From an uncultured Gemmatimonadaceae bacterium (GTDB taxonomy: Bacteria > Gemmatimonadota > Gemmatimonadetes > Gemmatimonadales > Gemmatimonadaceae): DNA of 64,000 nucleotides. Of this stretch, positions 1 through 10,272 are shown piece by piece. The DNA is taken from assembly GCA_963790305.1 (NCBI GenBank), contig CAWBOC010000009.1:576001-640000 (forward strand), in the 5' to 3' direction. How positions within the stretch are numbered: position 1 is the stretch's first letter; every line of letters starts with the position of its first letter. A model generated the notes under the pieces. The model did not search any database and was not told the DNA's origin. It saw only the letters and a program-made list of their open reading frames with translations. Made by a program: the position numbers and the translations under genes.

Positions 1-524
1 CGCGATCCCGACCCGGTTTGAGAGCTCGTAACGACGGTGACGCCAGGCGCACGCGAGTTGAGCACGTCGGCGATGGTCGATACCGGGGCGGTCTCGGTCA
101 CGTCAGCCACGTTGATCGTCGCGACGGCGTTTCCCAGCTCTTCTCGCGCCGTCTGGCCCGTCGCCGTCGTCACCACCGGTGCGATGCTCACTGCCACCTG
201 CGCCAACGTGAACTCGACGGTGGCCGGCTGCCCGGCCGCGACTTGCACCGGCCTGCGCTGCTCGGCGTAGCCGACGCGAAGCGCACGCACCTGCACGGTC
301 CCTTGCGGAACGTTGCGGAGGAGCAGCCGGCCCTCGGAGTTCGTCACGCCGCCGAGGTTCGTCCCGACTACGTTCACCTGCACCGCTTCGATTGGGCGGG
401 CAGTCCCCTGCTCCGTCACCTGGACCTGGATACTTCCCTGCTGCGCGTGCGCAGCCGTCGCGCTGATGAGCAACGCGAGAGCCACGCCTGCACAGCGCAT
501 CGCGCTGACAACGTGGACGTGCAT
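1..524 (-). CDS. SusC/RagA-family TonB-dependent outer-membrane receptor, N-terminal part (runs off the window edge)
   Basis: Translated by hand; absent from the ORF track. ATG at 524 after GGAGG gives MHVHVVSAMRCAGVALALLISATAAHAQQGSIQVQVTEQGT...VGY...VVTTATG...LNSRAPGV. Signal peptide, carboxypeptidase-regulatory-like domain and plug start match the three other SusC-like genes here. Confidence 0.85.
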   Translation of the reverse strand, partial: MHVHVVSAMRCAGVALALLISATAAHAQQGSIQVQVTEQGTARPIEAVQVNVVGTNLGGVTNSEGRLLLRNVPQGTVQVRALRVGYAEQRRPVQVAAGQPATVEFTLAQVAVSIAPVVTTATGQTAREELGNAVATINVADVTETAPVSTIADVLNSRAPGVTVVTSSQTGSGS

Positions 525-679
525 CCGACACCTCCGTGTCGCGGGAAAGCGCACGCCTCCCGGCGCGCGCAGATAACACGATCGGGAGCGCAACCTCAGG
601 GGCCGCCACCATCACGCGGATACTCGGCATCGGCACGAGCATCCATGGGGCGCATCACGGTTCAGTCGGGAACGCCCAA

Positions 680-708
680 AGGTTGCGGCCAAGTCACGGG
701 GCTGTCAA
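680..708 (-). promoter_or_regulatory. sigma70-type promoter TTGACA-17-CAACCT for the edge SusC gene
   Basis: Perfect -35 and 17-nt spacer. The spacer motif is shared with the promoter at 6880-6908. Confidence 0.55.
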
Positions 709-934
709 GACAGCGTTGGCGAAGGGTCTGGGACAGGAGGTGGGACGACCCGCACGCGCGGTGAGGCAGTCAGCGAAACGTCACGATTCCGGGCGATTCC
801 CCCCGAGAGTGTTCCTCCCGTGGCGGGATCGTGTAAGCCTTCGCCCCAGCCAGTGCCGTAAGCACTCGTTAGGGTGTCGCATGAAGGAACACGCGCATCG
901 CTCGAATGCGCGGCCACTCCTTCAGGAGGCTTCG

Positions 935-1402
935 ATGCTCGCCCGAATTCATCGCGTGCTCTGCGCCGGTGCTCTCATCGCCGTGGGCGTCCTCGCCTGC
1001 ACGCCGGCTACCTCCAGCTCGCTGCGTCCGGCGCGGCACGTGGGTCCTGCGGCGCCACTGACCCCGACGAGTCGACTCATCGATGCCGACCGAATTCAGC
1101 GGTCGGGGTCGCAATCGGCGCTCAATGCGATCCGCGCGCTCGTGCCCGGATACCGTTCGCTCGAATCCCGGCCCATGGGAACGGACTGGATCGGTATCCC
1201 CGGCGCTTCCCGCAGCTCACTTCGAGTGCTCGTGGATGGCCACCCGGTTGGCGACCTGGAGTCGCTCCGCATGGTTCCGGCGCGGGATATCATCGCCATA
1301 CACATCCTGAGCGCGCCTGACGCGATGATTCGGTTCGGACCGGGCTTCAACGGTGGCGTGATCGTCGTACAGACCTTGGGGTCGCTGCGCCCCCTCGACT
1401 GA
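935..1402 (+). CDS. Lipoprotein consisting of a stand-alone TonB-dependent receptor plug-like domain
   Basis: AGGAGG RBS before ATG 935 and lipobox VLAC. Plug-like motifs LVDGHP...DIIAIHIL...A...FG...GGVIVVQT. Confidence 0.7.
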   Translation: MLARIHRVLCAGALIAVGVLACTPATSSSLRPARHVGPAAPLTPTSRLIDADRIQRSGSQSALNAIRALVPGYRSLESRPMGTDWIGIPGASRSSLRVLVDGHPVGDLESLRMVPARDIIAIHILSAPDAMIRFGPGFNGGVIVVQTLGSLRPLD

Positions 1403-1417
1403 GCACCCGTGCGGCAT

Positions 1418-1446
1418 TTGACAATGAAGTGGCACCGGCATATCAA
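1418..1446 (+). promoter_or_regulatory. sigma70-type promoter TTGACA-17-TATCAA
   Basis: Near-consensus hexamers about 40 nt upstream of the 1485 ORF. Confidence 0.5.
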
Positions 1447-1484
1447 TCGCGAGGGTACTTTACAACTTCCTCAACCCTCCGAGA

Positions 1485-1982
1485 ATGCGTCATCGTCCAC
1501 TCCTCTTCGTCAGCGCCGCTGGTCTGCTCGCATCGGCTTGTGCGTCGTCCTCGTCGACGCCCAGGGAAACAGCGGCCGCGGCACCCTCTCGCGGCGGTTG
1601 GACAGGGACGTTCCAGGCTACGCAGGAACGGACCGGCGTCCTCGCGCCAACCCGTCTCCAGCAGGCAAGCGGCACAGTCCGGTTGCGGGCATCAGAGCGC
1701 GATCCGCAGCGCACGTCGGTATCGCTGACTGTCTCAACCGCTGTGCGAGAGACGACATCCCTCCGGTGGGCCGTGCTGCCCGGCGGGTGCGGCGCCGGCT
1801 CCCTCCCCCTGCTCGGATTCGACCAGTTCGCACCACTCGACGTGACGTCGAGCGGCCGGGGCCAGTTGGAGGTCGAAATCCCGTTGCCCATACCAGAGTC
1901 AGGGACGTATCACGTCAACGTCTACTCCGGCGGAACGCAGTTGAACAACGTGGTGACCTGCGCGAATCTTCGCCGGTCGTAA
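1485..1982 (+). CDS. Lipoprotein, possibly CHRD/SOD-like beta-sandwich
   Basis: Lipobox ASAC. The G-G-C-G, YHVNV and C-A-N-L pattern resembles CHRD-like small lipoproteins. Confidence 0.6.
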   Translation: MRHRPLLFVSAAGLLASACASSSSTPRETAAAAPSRGGWTGTFQATQERTGVLAPTRLQQASGTVRLRASERDPQRTSVSLTVSTAVRETTSLRWAVLPGGCGAGSLPLLGFDQFAPLDVTSSGRGQLEVEIPLPIPESGTYHVNVYSGGTQLNNVVTCANLRRS

Positions 1983-2011
1983 GCCGGCGCAGGTTCGCCA
2001 AGATTCGCCGA

Positions 2012-2054
2012 AACACAATGGGGCGCGTACCGAAAGTACGCGCCCCATTGTGTT
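2012..2054. terminator. Bidirectional hairpin between convergent genes
   Basis: AACACAATGGGGCGCGTAC-CGAAA-GTACGCGCCCCATTGTGTT, a perfect 19-bp stem. Confidence 0.75.
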
Positions 2055-2085
2055 CCACCCTGCTCTTGCACCCTTCGTGAAGCCC

Positions 2086-3564
2086 TTACATGTCCGGTCG
2101 TCCGATCCCACCGAACGTGTAGATCGGCAGCTGCAGCGTTTCAAGTTCCTTTGCCGGAATGGGGAGGTGCCTCACCGTACCGGCCTGTAGCCCATCCACG
2201 TGCCGGCGACGGAAGAACGCCATTCCGCTCGAGTTCAGGAGTTCGATCTCGCGCTCGTAGTCAATGTACTCGAGAAGCTTGTCACTGCCCTCGGCGGCCG
2301 TGGCGGCGGGCAAGCCGCCTCGCCCCACGCGAGTGATGTTGATCAACGTAGCCGCCTGCGCGAGGCTGCCGCCCGTCTTGATGAGCGCCTCAGCGAGCAC
2401 GAGATCACTCTCCGCCGCCAGCAGATACGGCACCGGGGTCGCTGCCGCGGTCGGCGAGAACCGCGCATGGTGGTCGTACCGGCTGTGGAACCAGGGCGTC
2501 TGCATGTAGATGCCGCGCCCCGGATCACCGATCACGTTGCCCGAGTGCGTGAAGTCGGTGTTGTACCGGTTATCCGGTGAAGAACCCTTCGGTACAATGG
2601 TCCCGTTGAACTTCGCCGGCTGCGACGGGTCCATGCGGTTGATGAGTCGCATGTCCACCCGTACCCAGCTCTGCTCGTTTCCGTAGAAGTTGATGTACGA
2701 CCACCAGTTGGTGTTGTCTCCCCGAACGACGACGTCGAACGCTGTACCCGCCGTCCCTGTTCCTATCCCCTTTTCGGCGAGCGCCTTGACCTTGGCCCAA
2801 TCCACCCCCGCCACGTCAGCGGCGCGGCGCGGCGTGTACGCCAGGAGCAGCGCGTGCATCGTGTTCGCGATGCGGTTGAGCCGCACCGAGTTGAGCGGCC
2901 CGGGCACGAGCGGCAGCGTAGCCGCTGTGTAGGTAAAGCCCGCACCGGCCGTCGCGGTGATCAGCTCATCCCACCATTTGCTGGCGGAGTCGGAGGCTGC
3001 CTCGAACGGGACCAGCTCCGGTTTCGGGTCGGTCTCCGGGTTGAACTCCTCATTCACCACAAATGCACGATCGAAGAGGAGGGCCAGATTGGTGAGTGAG
3101 GCCACCCGGCTGAACAGCGCCAGGTGCAAGAACGCGTCACTCGGCGTAGCATCGCCCAACGCTTCATTGCGGATGACACGAATGACATCATTGGCCGCGC
3201 CGATCGTCGAGTAGTTGTCCTCCCACGGCCGGTTGGTGACCTCGCGATCACCCCCCGCCGAGTTGTTCTCGTAGGGAATACGCGGCTCGAGGTTGTTGAA
3301 CCGCATCCCGAAGTTGCCGAAGTTGCCGGTGAGAACGTCGGCGGTCACCCCCAACATCATGTACGGCTCGTAGTAGGTGCTTGCCATGTACCAGCTATTG
3401 ACGGACGAGATGGCGATGTTCTGCACATCCTCGGCAGTCGCCAGCGCACGCTCCACGTCGGGATTGTTCGGGTTCGTGACATCCAGGTCCGTCTGGCAAG
3501 CAGCGCTTGCGAGGACCAGCATCACGCCCGCGGACAATCCGCCAAGTCTCTTTGAGATTCTCAT
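2086..3564 (-). CDS. SusD/RagB-family nutrient-binding outer-membrane lipoprotein
   Basis: Lipobox AAAC then DLDVTNPN. SusD C-terminal motifs (LAEAL...INITRV.RGGL, YEREIEL, LPIPAKE). Directly downstream of a SusC gene. Confidence 0.85.
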   Translation of the reverse strand: MRISKRLGGLSAGVMLVLASAACQTDLDVTNPNNPDVERALATAEDVQNIAISSVNSWYMASTYYEPYMMLGVTADVLTGNFGNFGMRFNNLEPRIPYENNSAGGDREVTNRPWEDNYSTIGAANDVIRVIRNEALGDATPSDAFLHLALFSRVASLTNLALLFDRAFVVNEEFNPETDPKPELVPFEAASDSASKWWDELITATAGAGFTYTAATLPLVPGPLNSVRLNRIANTMHALLLAYTPRRAADVAGVDWAKVKALAEKGIGTGTAGTAFDVVVRGDNTNWWSYINFYGNEQSWVRVDMRLINRMDPSQPAKFNGTIVPKGSSPDNRYNTDFTHSGNVIGDPGRGIYMQTPWFHSRYDHHARFSPTAAATPVPYLLAAESDLVLAEALIKTGGSLAQAATLINITRVGRGGLPAATAAEGSDKLLEYIDYEREIELLNSSGMAFFRRRHVDGLQAGTVRHLPIPAKELETLQLPIYTFGGIGRPDM

Positions 3565-3597
3565 GGTATTCAGATTTCTCCTAAGGGCGGTTGTCCG

Positions 3598-6500
3598 TTA
3601 GAACTGGATCTCCACCTGGCCCGTGAGGGTGCGGAAATTGGGATAGCGGAAGCCGTCGATGCGGAAGTTGAAATCGTTGCCTGACGTGACTTCCGGATCG
3701 AAACCGGTGTAATCGGTCCACGTGAACAGGTTGCGGCCGATGAGCGCGACCTTGATTCCGCTCGCGTAGCGGTCAATGCCAATGCGCGCGAGCATCGGGG
3801 TGGCGAAGGTATAGCTGGCCGACAGCTCGCGGAGCTTCACGTAGGACCCGTCCTCCACGAAGTAGTCGTTCGCGACCAGTCCGTTGTACAATCCCGCCGC
3901 GTAGAAATTGAGCGGCACCTTCGAGGCGGAGTCCTTACCGGCCTGGTCCTGGTCCCCGTGACGGTGGTCCTGGAACATCCACTGCTTGGTGAAGTTGTAA
4001 ATGTCACCGCCGCGCTGGCCATCAAACAAGGCGTATAGACCGAAGCCCTTGTATCGGAAGTTGTTGGCGAACCCGAACGAGAAGTCGGGGTTCACATCGC
4101 CGATACGGTGTTGGGTTTCCCCGGCCGCATTCACGTACCTGATCGGGGCGTTGCGATTCGTCTTCAGGACGAGATACCCGAGAGGGTTGATCTCGTAGTT
4201 CGTTTCCACGGCGGCCGCATTCGCTGGGTTTTCCTTGAGCTCGGCGAACGACCGAATCCACTTGGCTCCGTAGATCATTCCGAGCGGCTCGCCAACCTTG
4301 TAATAGAAGACCTCCTGCCCCTGACCCTGAGCATTGCGGTCGTCCGTCGCGGCGAACGTCACGCGGAAAGGTGCCCGGTTCATCCGGGTGATTTCCTGGC
4401 GTGTCCGGTCTGCCGTGAGCGTAAACGAGTAGCTGAAATCCGTTCGATCGAGGACACGGGTGTTGAGCGCTAGCTCCCACGTGTTCGCATCGACATCGGC
4501 CGCGTTCTGAACCTGCTCAGTAAACCCACCGGTCTGCGCCGGTGACAGCGGCACGCGCAGGAACGCGCCCTCGGTAAACCGCTTGGCGTAGACGACCTCG
4601 ACATCGAACCGGTCGAGGAAGGCCACGTTCAGCCCAAACTCGTCTTCGGTTTGAATTGCCGGCTTGAGTGCCTTGTTGCCGACCTGGTTCTTTGCAATCT
4701 GCCCAGCGTCTACGGTATAGGTCTCGTACTGGTCGGCGAATAGCGGACGAAGTCCAGCGGTCCCACGCGCTGCGCGGATCTTGAACTCCTGAACGCCGGG
4801 AATCGAGAAGTCCTCACTGATCCGATAGGCGCCGGATACGCGGTAGAAGTCCTGCCAGCGCTCGTCGGCCCCGAAAAGCGAGGAGCCATCACGGCGGTAG
4901 AGGAAGTCGAGCAGATACCGGTCGCGAATGTCCAGCGACTGCGAGGCCATGTAGTTGATGGTCCGCGCAAAGTTGCTTCTCGAGTTGACGTTGAGCTCTG
5001 CCGGCGCCAGCGCGGCGAGATCCGGCACCTCGGACAGCACCAGACGATTCCCTTCGGCCAGGAAGTAGTTGACCCGGTTGTTGTCCAATACGTATGCCAG
5101 GCGCGTCGTGGACCCAACCTGGTTGAAGAACGACTTCGTCGCCGTGGCGCTGATCTGCGTGTTGTCGCCGACGTTGTTCCAGGTCTCCCGGTCCAATTCA
5201 CCTGGACCTGGGGTGCCGCCCTCGGTCTGATAGCCGCGGAACTCGTAATAGTTGTCGAGGCGATTCAGGCGGTCGGTCCCGTAGCTGGCTTCGAGGCGCA
5301 GCCACTCCCATGGGCGATAGCGGCCCGAGGCCGAACCGAGAATGCGCTCGCGCCGCTGCCGGAAGTCCGCATTGGCCAGGAAGTACAGAGGATTCGTCCG
5401 GGCGCTCGGCGAAGGAACCAGCCGGTGATACTGCGGCCCGGTGCGGCCAACTGGAAACTCGAGATTGACCTCGGGTGGCATCTGCATCAGCTCGAACCAC
5501 GAAGCGCTTCCAATCGGGTCGTAATCATTTTTCTGAATGCCGTACGTAAATCCGAGTGAGAGATCGGCCTTCGAGGAGATGCCTTGGTCAATGTTCACCC
5601 TGACGTTCTGGCGATCGAGACCGTGAATGAGCGGCAAAACTCCCTCGTTCCGATCGACTGTGATCGACGAGTTGAAGTTCGTGGTCCCCCGCCGCATCCC
5701 CATCTGCACGTTCGTCGAGATGTACTGGCCGTTCTCCGTCCATTCCTTGAGCTGGTTCCGCCACCGGTTCGGCCCAGAGGATGGGAATGGATTGTCGGCG
5801 ATACCGTTGGGATCGAGGATGCGTCCGCCCGTCGGCGTCAGCGCGAAGCTGCCATCCGGGTTGAGGACGTAGTGATGGCTGGCGTTGATCGGGACGTAGT
5901 TCTCGATACCCGACTGCCCGACCTCGGTCCGCAGCGTGACCTGGAGCTTGTCGTCCGAGAAGTTCCGCCCGCGTTTTGTCTTGATGTTGACGACGCCGTT
6001 CGCCGCGTCGGAACCATAGAAGGAGGCGGCGGCCGCACCCTTGAGCACTTCGATCGACTCGATGTCGTTCGCGTCGAGATCGGAAATGCTGTTACGCGTA
6101 ATGACGCCGTCGACGATGATCAGCGGCTGGCTGGCCCCAGGCGTGAGGCTCGTCGATCCGCGAAGACGGATCGTCGGGGCCGCACCCGGGTTTCCTCGAC
6201 CAGTTGCTACTCGCGCGCCGGAGACCTTACCCGCGAGCGCCGCGATCGGCGAGCTCGCCGGGACCTCCTTCAGCTGCTCCTCGGTCACCTGGCCAACGGA
6301 GATCGTGAGCTTTTCGCGCGACGTCGCCTCACTGACGCCCGTGACGACCACTTCCTGTAGCCGGAAGGGATCGGCCTCGAGCTGGAAGCTCTGCTCCTGG
6401 GTGCCCGCCGAGAGGGTGACCGTGCGGGTCTGTGGGCGGTGGCCGATGAGGCGAACCCCAAGGGCGACCGACTGGCCCGTCGCCTGCGCGCTCGGAACTG

Positions 6501-6711
6501 TGAGGCGATAGTTGCCATCGGTCCCCGTCGCCGTGCCCAGATTCATCGTCTGGATGAACACGTTGGCGCCCATGAGTGGGGCACCCTGGGCATTTGTCAC
6601 GCGCCCGGTGATGATTGCTTCCTGCGCTGCAGCGCCGTTCGCGGACAACAGTGCGACGAGCAGCACTGCGATCCCGGCGGTGATACTTCTGACATGTATC
6701 GCTGGCATCAT
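3598..6711 (-). CDS. SusC/RagA-family TonB-dependent receptor
   Basis: Start moved to ATG 6711 (GAGG RBS). Signal peptide, plug motif DIESIEVLKGAAAASFYGSDAANGVV, VEDGSYVKLRE, YTGFDPEV and C-terminal Phe. Confidence 0.93.
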   Translation of the reverse strand: MMPAIHVRSITAGIAVLLVALLSANGAAAQEAIITGRVTNAQGAPLMGANVFIQTMNLGTATGTDGNYRLTVPSAQATGQSVALGVRLIGHRPQTRTVTLSAGTQEQSFQLEADPFRLQEVVVTGVSEATSREKLTISVGQVTEEQLKEVPASSPIAALAGKVSGARVATGRGNPGAAPTIRLRGSTSLTPGASQPLIIVDGVITRNSISDLDANDIESIEVLKGAAAASFYGSDAANGVVNIKTKRGRNFSDDKLQVTLRTEVGQSGIENYVPINASHHYVLNPDGSFALTPTGGRILDPNGIADNPFPSSGPNRWRNQLKEWTENGQYISTNVQMGMRRGTTNFNSSITVDRNEGVLPLIHGLDRQNVRVNIDQGISSKADLSLGFTYGIQKNDYDPIGSASWFELMQMPPEVNLEFPVGRTGPQYHRLVPSPSARTNPLYFLANADFRQRRERILGSASGRYRPWEWLRLEASYGTDRLNRLDNYYEFRGYQTEGGTPGPGELDRETWNNVGDNTQISATATKSFFNQVGSTTRLAYVLDNNRVNYFLAEGNRLVLSEVPDLAALAPAELNVNSRSNFARTINYMASQSLDIRDRYLLDFLYRRDGSSLFGADERWQDFYRVSGAYRISEDFSIPGVQEFKIRAARGTAGLRPLFADQYETYTVDAGQIAKNQVGNKALKPAIQTEDEFGLNVAFLDRFDVEVVYAKRFTEGAFLRVPLSPAQTGGFTEQVQNAADVDANTWELALNTRVLDRTDFSYSFTLTADRTRQEITRMNRAPFRVTFAATDDRNAQGQGQEVFYYKVGEPLGMIYGAKWIRSFAELKENPANAAAVETNYEINPLGYLVLKTNRNAPIRYVNAAGETQHRIGDVNPDFSFGFANNFRYKGFGLYALFDGQRGGDIYNFTKQWMFQDHRHGDQDQAGKDSASKVPLNFYAAGLYNGLVANDYFVEDGSYVKLRELSASYTFATPMLARIGIDRYASGIKVALIGRNLFTWTDYTGFDPEVTSGNDFNFRIDGFRYPNFRTLTGQVEIQF

Positions 6712-6879
6712 GCCGTTCCTCGTTGAGGAGTTTGCTTCGTGCAATGGCCTTCGAGTCAAAGGCGGTGGGCTTAACCGCGACCCACCGCAAATGCCACCTA
6801 ACGGTGTCTTGGCACCTCCCTGTTTGGAAAAGGTGTGGATCGTGTCGGGGGGGTTAGGAAGGAGTAAGGAAAGCGCCCC

Positions 6880-6908
6880 ATCATGCGGCCGTGTCACCAA
6901 TGTGTCAA
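6880..6908 (-). promoter_or_regulatory. sigma70-type promoter TTGACA-17-CATGAT for the susC/susD-like operon
   Basis: Perfect -35, 17-nt spacer and near-consensus -10. Confidence 0.6.
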
Positions 6909-7052
6909 CACCCAATTTCGACGTTCACCGCGGCGAATTGGCGTTGGCAGGCGGGATCGGCATCGCCTTCAGCGAATCGACCGGCTTCGTGGGGCCCCGG
7001 GGGGAGAGGAGTCAGGGGGTCCGGTCTCTGGGGAACCGTTGCTGCGGCTATC

Positions 7053-8214
7053 CTACCGAGGAACACTCCCCTCGCTCGGGGGGGTGAAGCGGAATGGGAG
7101 CGCCACGACCTGGCGAACCCGGCGGCCTTCCAGCACGGCGGGAGAGAACCGCGCTTCACTCAGGGCGACCCGGGCCGCCTGTGCGAACAGCTGATGGGTC
7201 GCATCCACCTCGAGAGTGGGCATCTCGACGAGGCCAGTCGTGTCGACGACGAATCGCACAGTCGCATTGCCCCCGACCTGAGCTCTGAGAAGCGAATCGG
7301 GGTAGACGGTCCTGATGCTCCCTGGAATGGGTGTCGCCAGGGAGTCTACCGCCTCTGGCGAGAACACCAGGTTCAGCTGAAGCAGGGTCGCGATGATCGA
7401 CGCTCGCGCGGGCTCGTCGGGCGTCCGCTGGCGCGGGCGAAAGGGCCTCGACCAGAATGGCGATCACCCCGCAGCGGTCGGCGCGCACGTTGGAGAACTC
7501 TGGAGGCGCGCCAAACCCCCCGTAGACCTCGATACCCTCGACAGAGGCGAGGTCGATGAGGTCGAGATCCAGCGGTCCCGCGCTGGCGGGCGAGCCATCA
7601 ATGAAGATCAGCGCCGGACAGCTCGCGTTTCTGATGTAGGCCATCGTGCCGAGCCCCCGGACCAACGCGACTCTCACCGTGGGGACCTGCCTCAGAAGGT
7701 CGCTCAGGCGCTTGGAGTTCGTGCGCTCGATCCGCTCGCGCGTGATAAAGTGGCCGTTCTTCCGAGTCGCGGCGCGAGACTCGAAGCCAGAGAGCCGAGC
7801 CTCGTAGACTTCGCGTCGACCCGCAACCACTACGGGCGCCAGGACTTCCGGCGCGGCCACCATCGTGATCATCACCTGCCGGGCGCCCGAAGCGCTCAAC
7901 TGCAGATAGAGCGTCGTCGGAAGGAAGCCAAGGCGACGGACGTGAATCTGAAGCCGACCGGCCTCGACGTTGAGCAGACGAAAATGGCCCGCGCTGTCGG
8001 TTGTGGTCTGGTGAAACGTTCCTGCGATGTCGACCTGTGCACCGGCGATCGGTCCGCCCACGGAGTCCACGACCATCCCGACCACGGGGGCGCGCGCGGG
8101 CTGCGCCCGACCCTCGTGGGCGCTCAGCGCGATACCGAAGAACATTGCGATCACCGGGGCGACCCACGGGCGTGGACCGCCGAACGCTGCACCACCCCAC
8201 CGACGGGAGCGCAT
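7053..8214 (-). CDS. Carboxypeptidase-regulatory-like + plug + TonB C-terminal domain protein (apparent +1 frameshift at ~7456)
   Basis: ORFs 7156-8235 and 7053-7367 join if one T is removed (…CGVIAIWSRPFRPR…VFSPEAVD…YPDSL…FVVDTTG…GRRVRQ…PFRF). Colinear with the intact paralog 22212-23411. GAGGAGG RBS before ATG 8214. Confidence 0.75.
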
Positions 8215-8285
8215 ACCGCCTCCTCGTGCCGTCACCTAATTCATCGTCGGCGCTCTCGCCCTGTCAAGTCGCCGGCGGCAAATCG

Positions 8286-10121
8286 TCACGGTGGCAACCC
8301 CAGCGACTGCAGCCACGGCGCCAAGCCGGGGAATCCCGGTGCCAGTTGGCGAAGGCGAAGCGCCTCCGCCCGCGCGTTCTGCACGTCGCCCGCCAGGCCA
8401 TAGGCGAGCGACAGCTGATAGAGAACTTCCGGCTGGTTCGGTTGGGCCACCAAGGACTGCCGCAGCAGTGCAATCCCGCTCGCCAGATCTCGACGCCGAA
8501 GCGCGATCGCCGCGAGGGCGTTAGCCGAGTAGGGGGTCGGCTGTAGCGCCATGGCCCTCCGAAGGATGGGCTCCGCCTCGTTCTCTTTTCCGCTCGCGAG
8601 CAGCGCGCGCCCCAGCAAACGAAGTGGCTCTTCGAAAAATGGTGCGTCGCGAACAAGACCGCGGTACTCGGCGGCCGCGAGGTCGTGTTGCCCCAGGCGT
8701 TCGTACTCGGAAGCGAGCCGAACCTTGGCGACCTCCCAGGTGGCCCCGCCCGAGACGGCGAAGGCGAGGCTGTCGAACAGGTCGGTCGGCCGGTACGTGC
8801 GGCGATAGTCGTTGCGCCGCGTGGGGGGCACGAATGGCCATCGCGTGGTCAGCGTCTTGACCGTGTGCCTGACGATGCGCTCATCGAACGCGGTGAGCTC
8901 CATCGCGGCGAAGTACTCGTCCGGAGGGCGAAGGAGCTCGAGGCGTGCGCGACGACCGGCGAACCCGGCGTCGCGCATGCTCTCGAAGAAAACCCTCGCC
9001 ATCGCCAGGTATCCACGCCGATTCGGGTGGACGTGCTCGAGGAAGAATTCATCGCCGGCCACACCTCCGGGCGCCTCGCGGGCCGCCGCCTCCGCAATGG
9101 GGACGTAACGCGCCCCCGTCCGCTTCGCGACGCGATCCACGACGAGGTTGAACTCCGTCGGGGCGCGAAATCGAACGACGTCGAGATCGCGGGCCCGCGT
9201 GAACAGCAATCGGGCGAGGCTCGCATCTCCCATCGCCAACGCTCGGCGCGCGGTGAGGTAGGTATCCTCCGCGCGCTCGGGTCCCCGGTTCGCGCGGGCC
9301 ACCAGCGGAGGTTGATCGCGCAGGTTGCTCGCCAGGCTGCCGATGAAGACGGGCACGTCCTCGTCGCGAAAGACGCGGACGAGTCGGGTGAGATTGCCCT
9401 CGAACTGCCGAACGCCACGGCGGTAGAGCTCGCCGTCGATCGGGATGTCGCGATTGCCGGCCAGCGTCTCCATCAGGCTCGCGGGCTCGCGCTCGTTCCC
9501 GGGGGCCGGGGGGCGCTGCAACACACCGCGCAACGCGAGGACGAGCCGGGACCGCAGCATCCCGAGGTACGCTCGCTTCAGCGCCGGCGAGCCGGCAACG
9601 ACGTTCTCGGTCGAGGCAGCCCCGAGCGCACCGTAGAACTCGTTATGGCCGGCGTAAATCAGCACCGCGTCGGGGGACTGCGCCATCACCTCTCCGGCGA
9701 TGTCGGCGAGCGCATACGTATTCGTCGCCGCGATGCCGAGGTTGATCACTTCCACCGAGTCGTCAGGCAGGACATCGCGCAGCATGTCGCGGAGCGCTCG
9801 CGAGAACGTACCGTTTCGCGGGTACGGGAACCCGGCAGTGGACGATTCGCCCAGCACGAACACGCGGAACCCTCGGGCCGGCTTCTGCGTCGCAAAGGGC
9901 TCCAGCATCGGCGCCGGGGGCATGCGCTCGCGCGCGAACCATCGACGGCCGACGCCACGGTTCGCGACCACATAGTGTCCGTTGCCGAAAGGAGCGTTCA
10001 CGAACATCGGCAGCGCGCCCTCCGGCCACGCGAGACGCGCGATCCCCTCCGCCACGCCGAAAAGCAGAACGGGCGTGAGAAGTGTTATGCCGAGGAAGAC
10101 CCAATACCTGGGAGCGCGCAC
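8286..10121 (-). CDS. Membrane-anchored SGNH/GDSL hydrolase-like protein with C-terminal TPR repeats
   Basis: N-terminal TM helix. GDSL blocks VLGESSTAG, INLG, YAGHNE and EHVHPN. TPR-like C-terminus. Confidence 0.8.
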   Translation of the reverse strand: MRAPRYWVFLGITLLTPVLLFGVAEGIARLAWPEGALPMFVNAPFGNGHYVVANRGVGRRWFARERMPPAPMLEPFATQKPARGFRVFVLGESSTAGFPYPRNGTFSRALRDMLRDVLPDDSVEVINLGIAATNTYALADIAGEVMAQSPDAVLIYAGHNEFYGALGAASTENVVAGSPALKRAYLGMLRSRLVLALRGVLQRPPAPGNEREPASLMETLAGNRDIPIDGELYRRGVRQFEGNLTRLVRVFRDEDVPVFIGSLASNLRDQPPLVARANRGPERAEDTYLTARRALAMGDASLARLLFTRARDLDVVRFRAPTEFNLVVDRVAKRTGARYVPIAEAAAREAPGGVAGDEFFLEHVHPNRRGYLAMARVFFESMRDAGFAGRRARLELLRPPDEYFAAMELTAFDERIVRHTVKTLTTRWPFVPPTRRNDYRRTYRPTDLFDSLAFAVSGGATWEVAKVRLASEYERLGQHDLAAAEYRGLVRDAPFFEEPLRLLGRALLASGKENEAEPILRRAMALQPTPYSANALAAIALRRRDLASGIALLRQSLVAQPNQPEVLYQLSLAYGLAGDVQNARAEALRLRQLAPGFPGLAPWLQSLGLPP

Positions 10122-10214
10122 GTGACGAGATTCGGCTGCGGAGGGATGGGGCGGCGGGAACGGCGCAACATATCACGAGGGCGCCGGCCTCCATAGTCCT
10201 CCCATGTCCCGATG

Positions 10215-10250
10215 CACCACGGGCCCCGTCGAAAGACGGGGCCCGTGGTG
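10215..10250 (-). terminator. Hairpin after the susD-like gene
   Basis: CACCACGGGCCCCGTC-GAAA-GACGGGGCCCGTGGTG, a perfect 16-bp stem. Confidence 0.65.
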
Positions 10251-10272
10251 GACTACCCGAACGGGTGGAGCG

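Noticed and set aside
525..934. Cobalamin or TPP riboswitch upstream of the TonB-dependent receptors
   Set aside because: No B12-box or TPP consensus was recognisable by eye in any susC leader; an Infernal/Rfam scan would be decisive.
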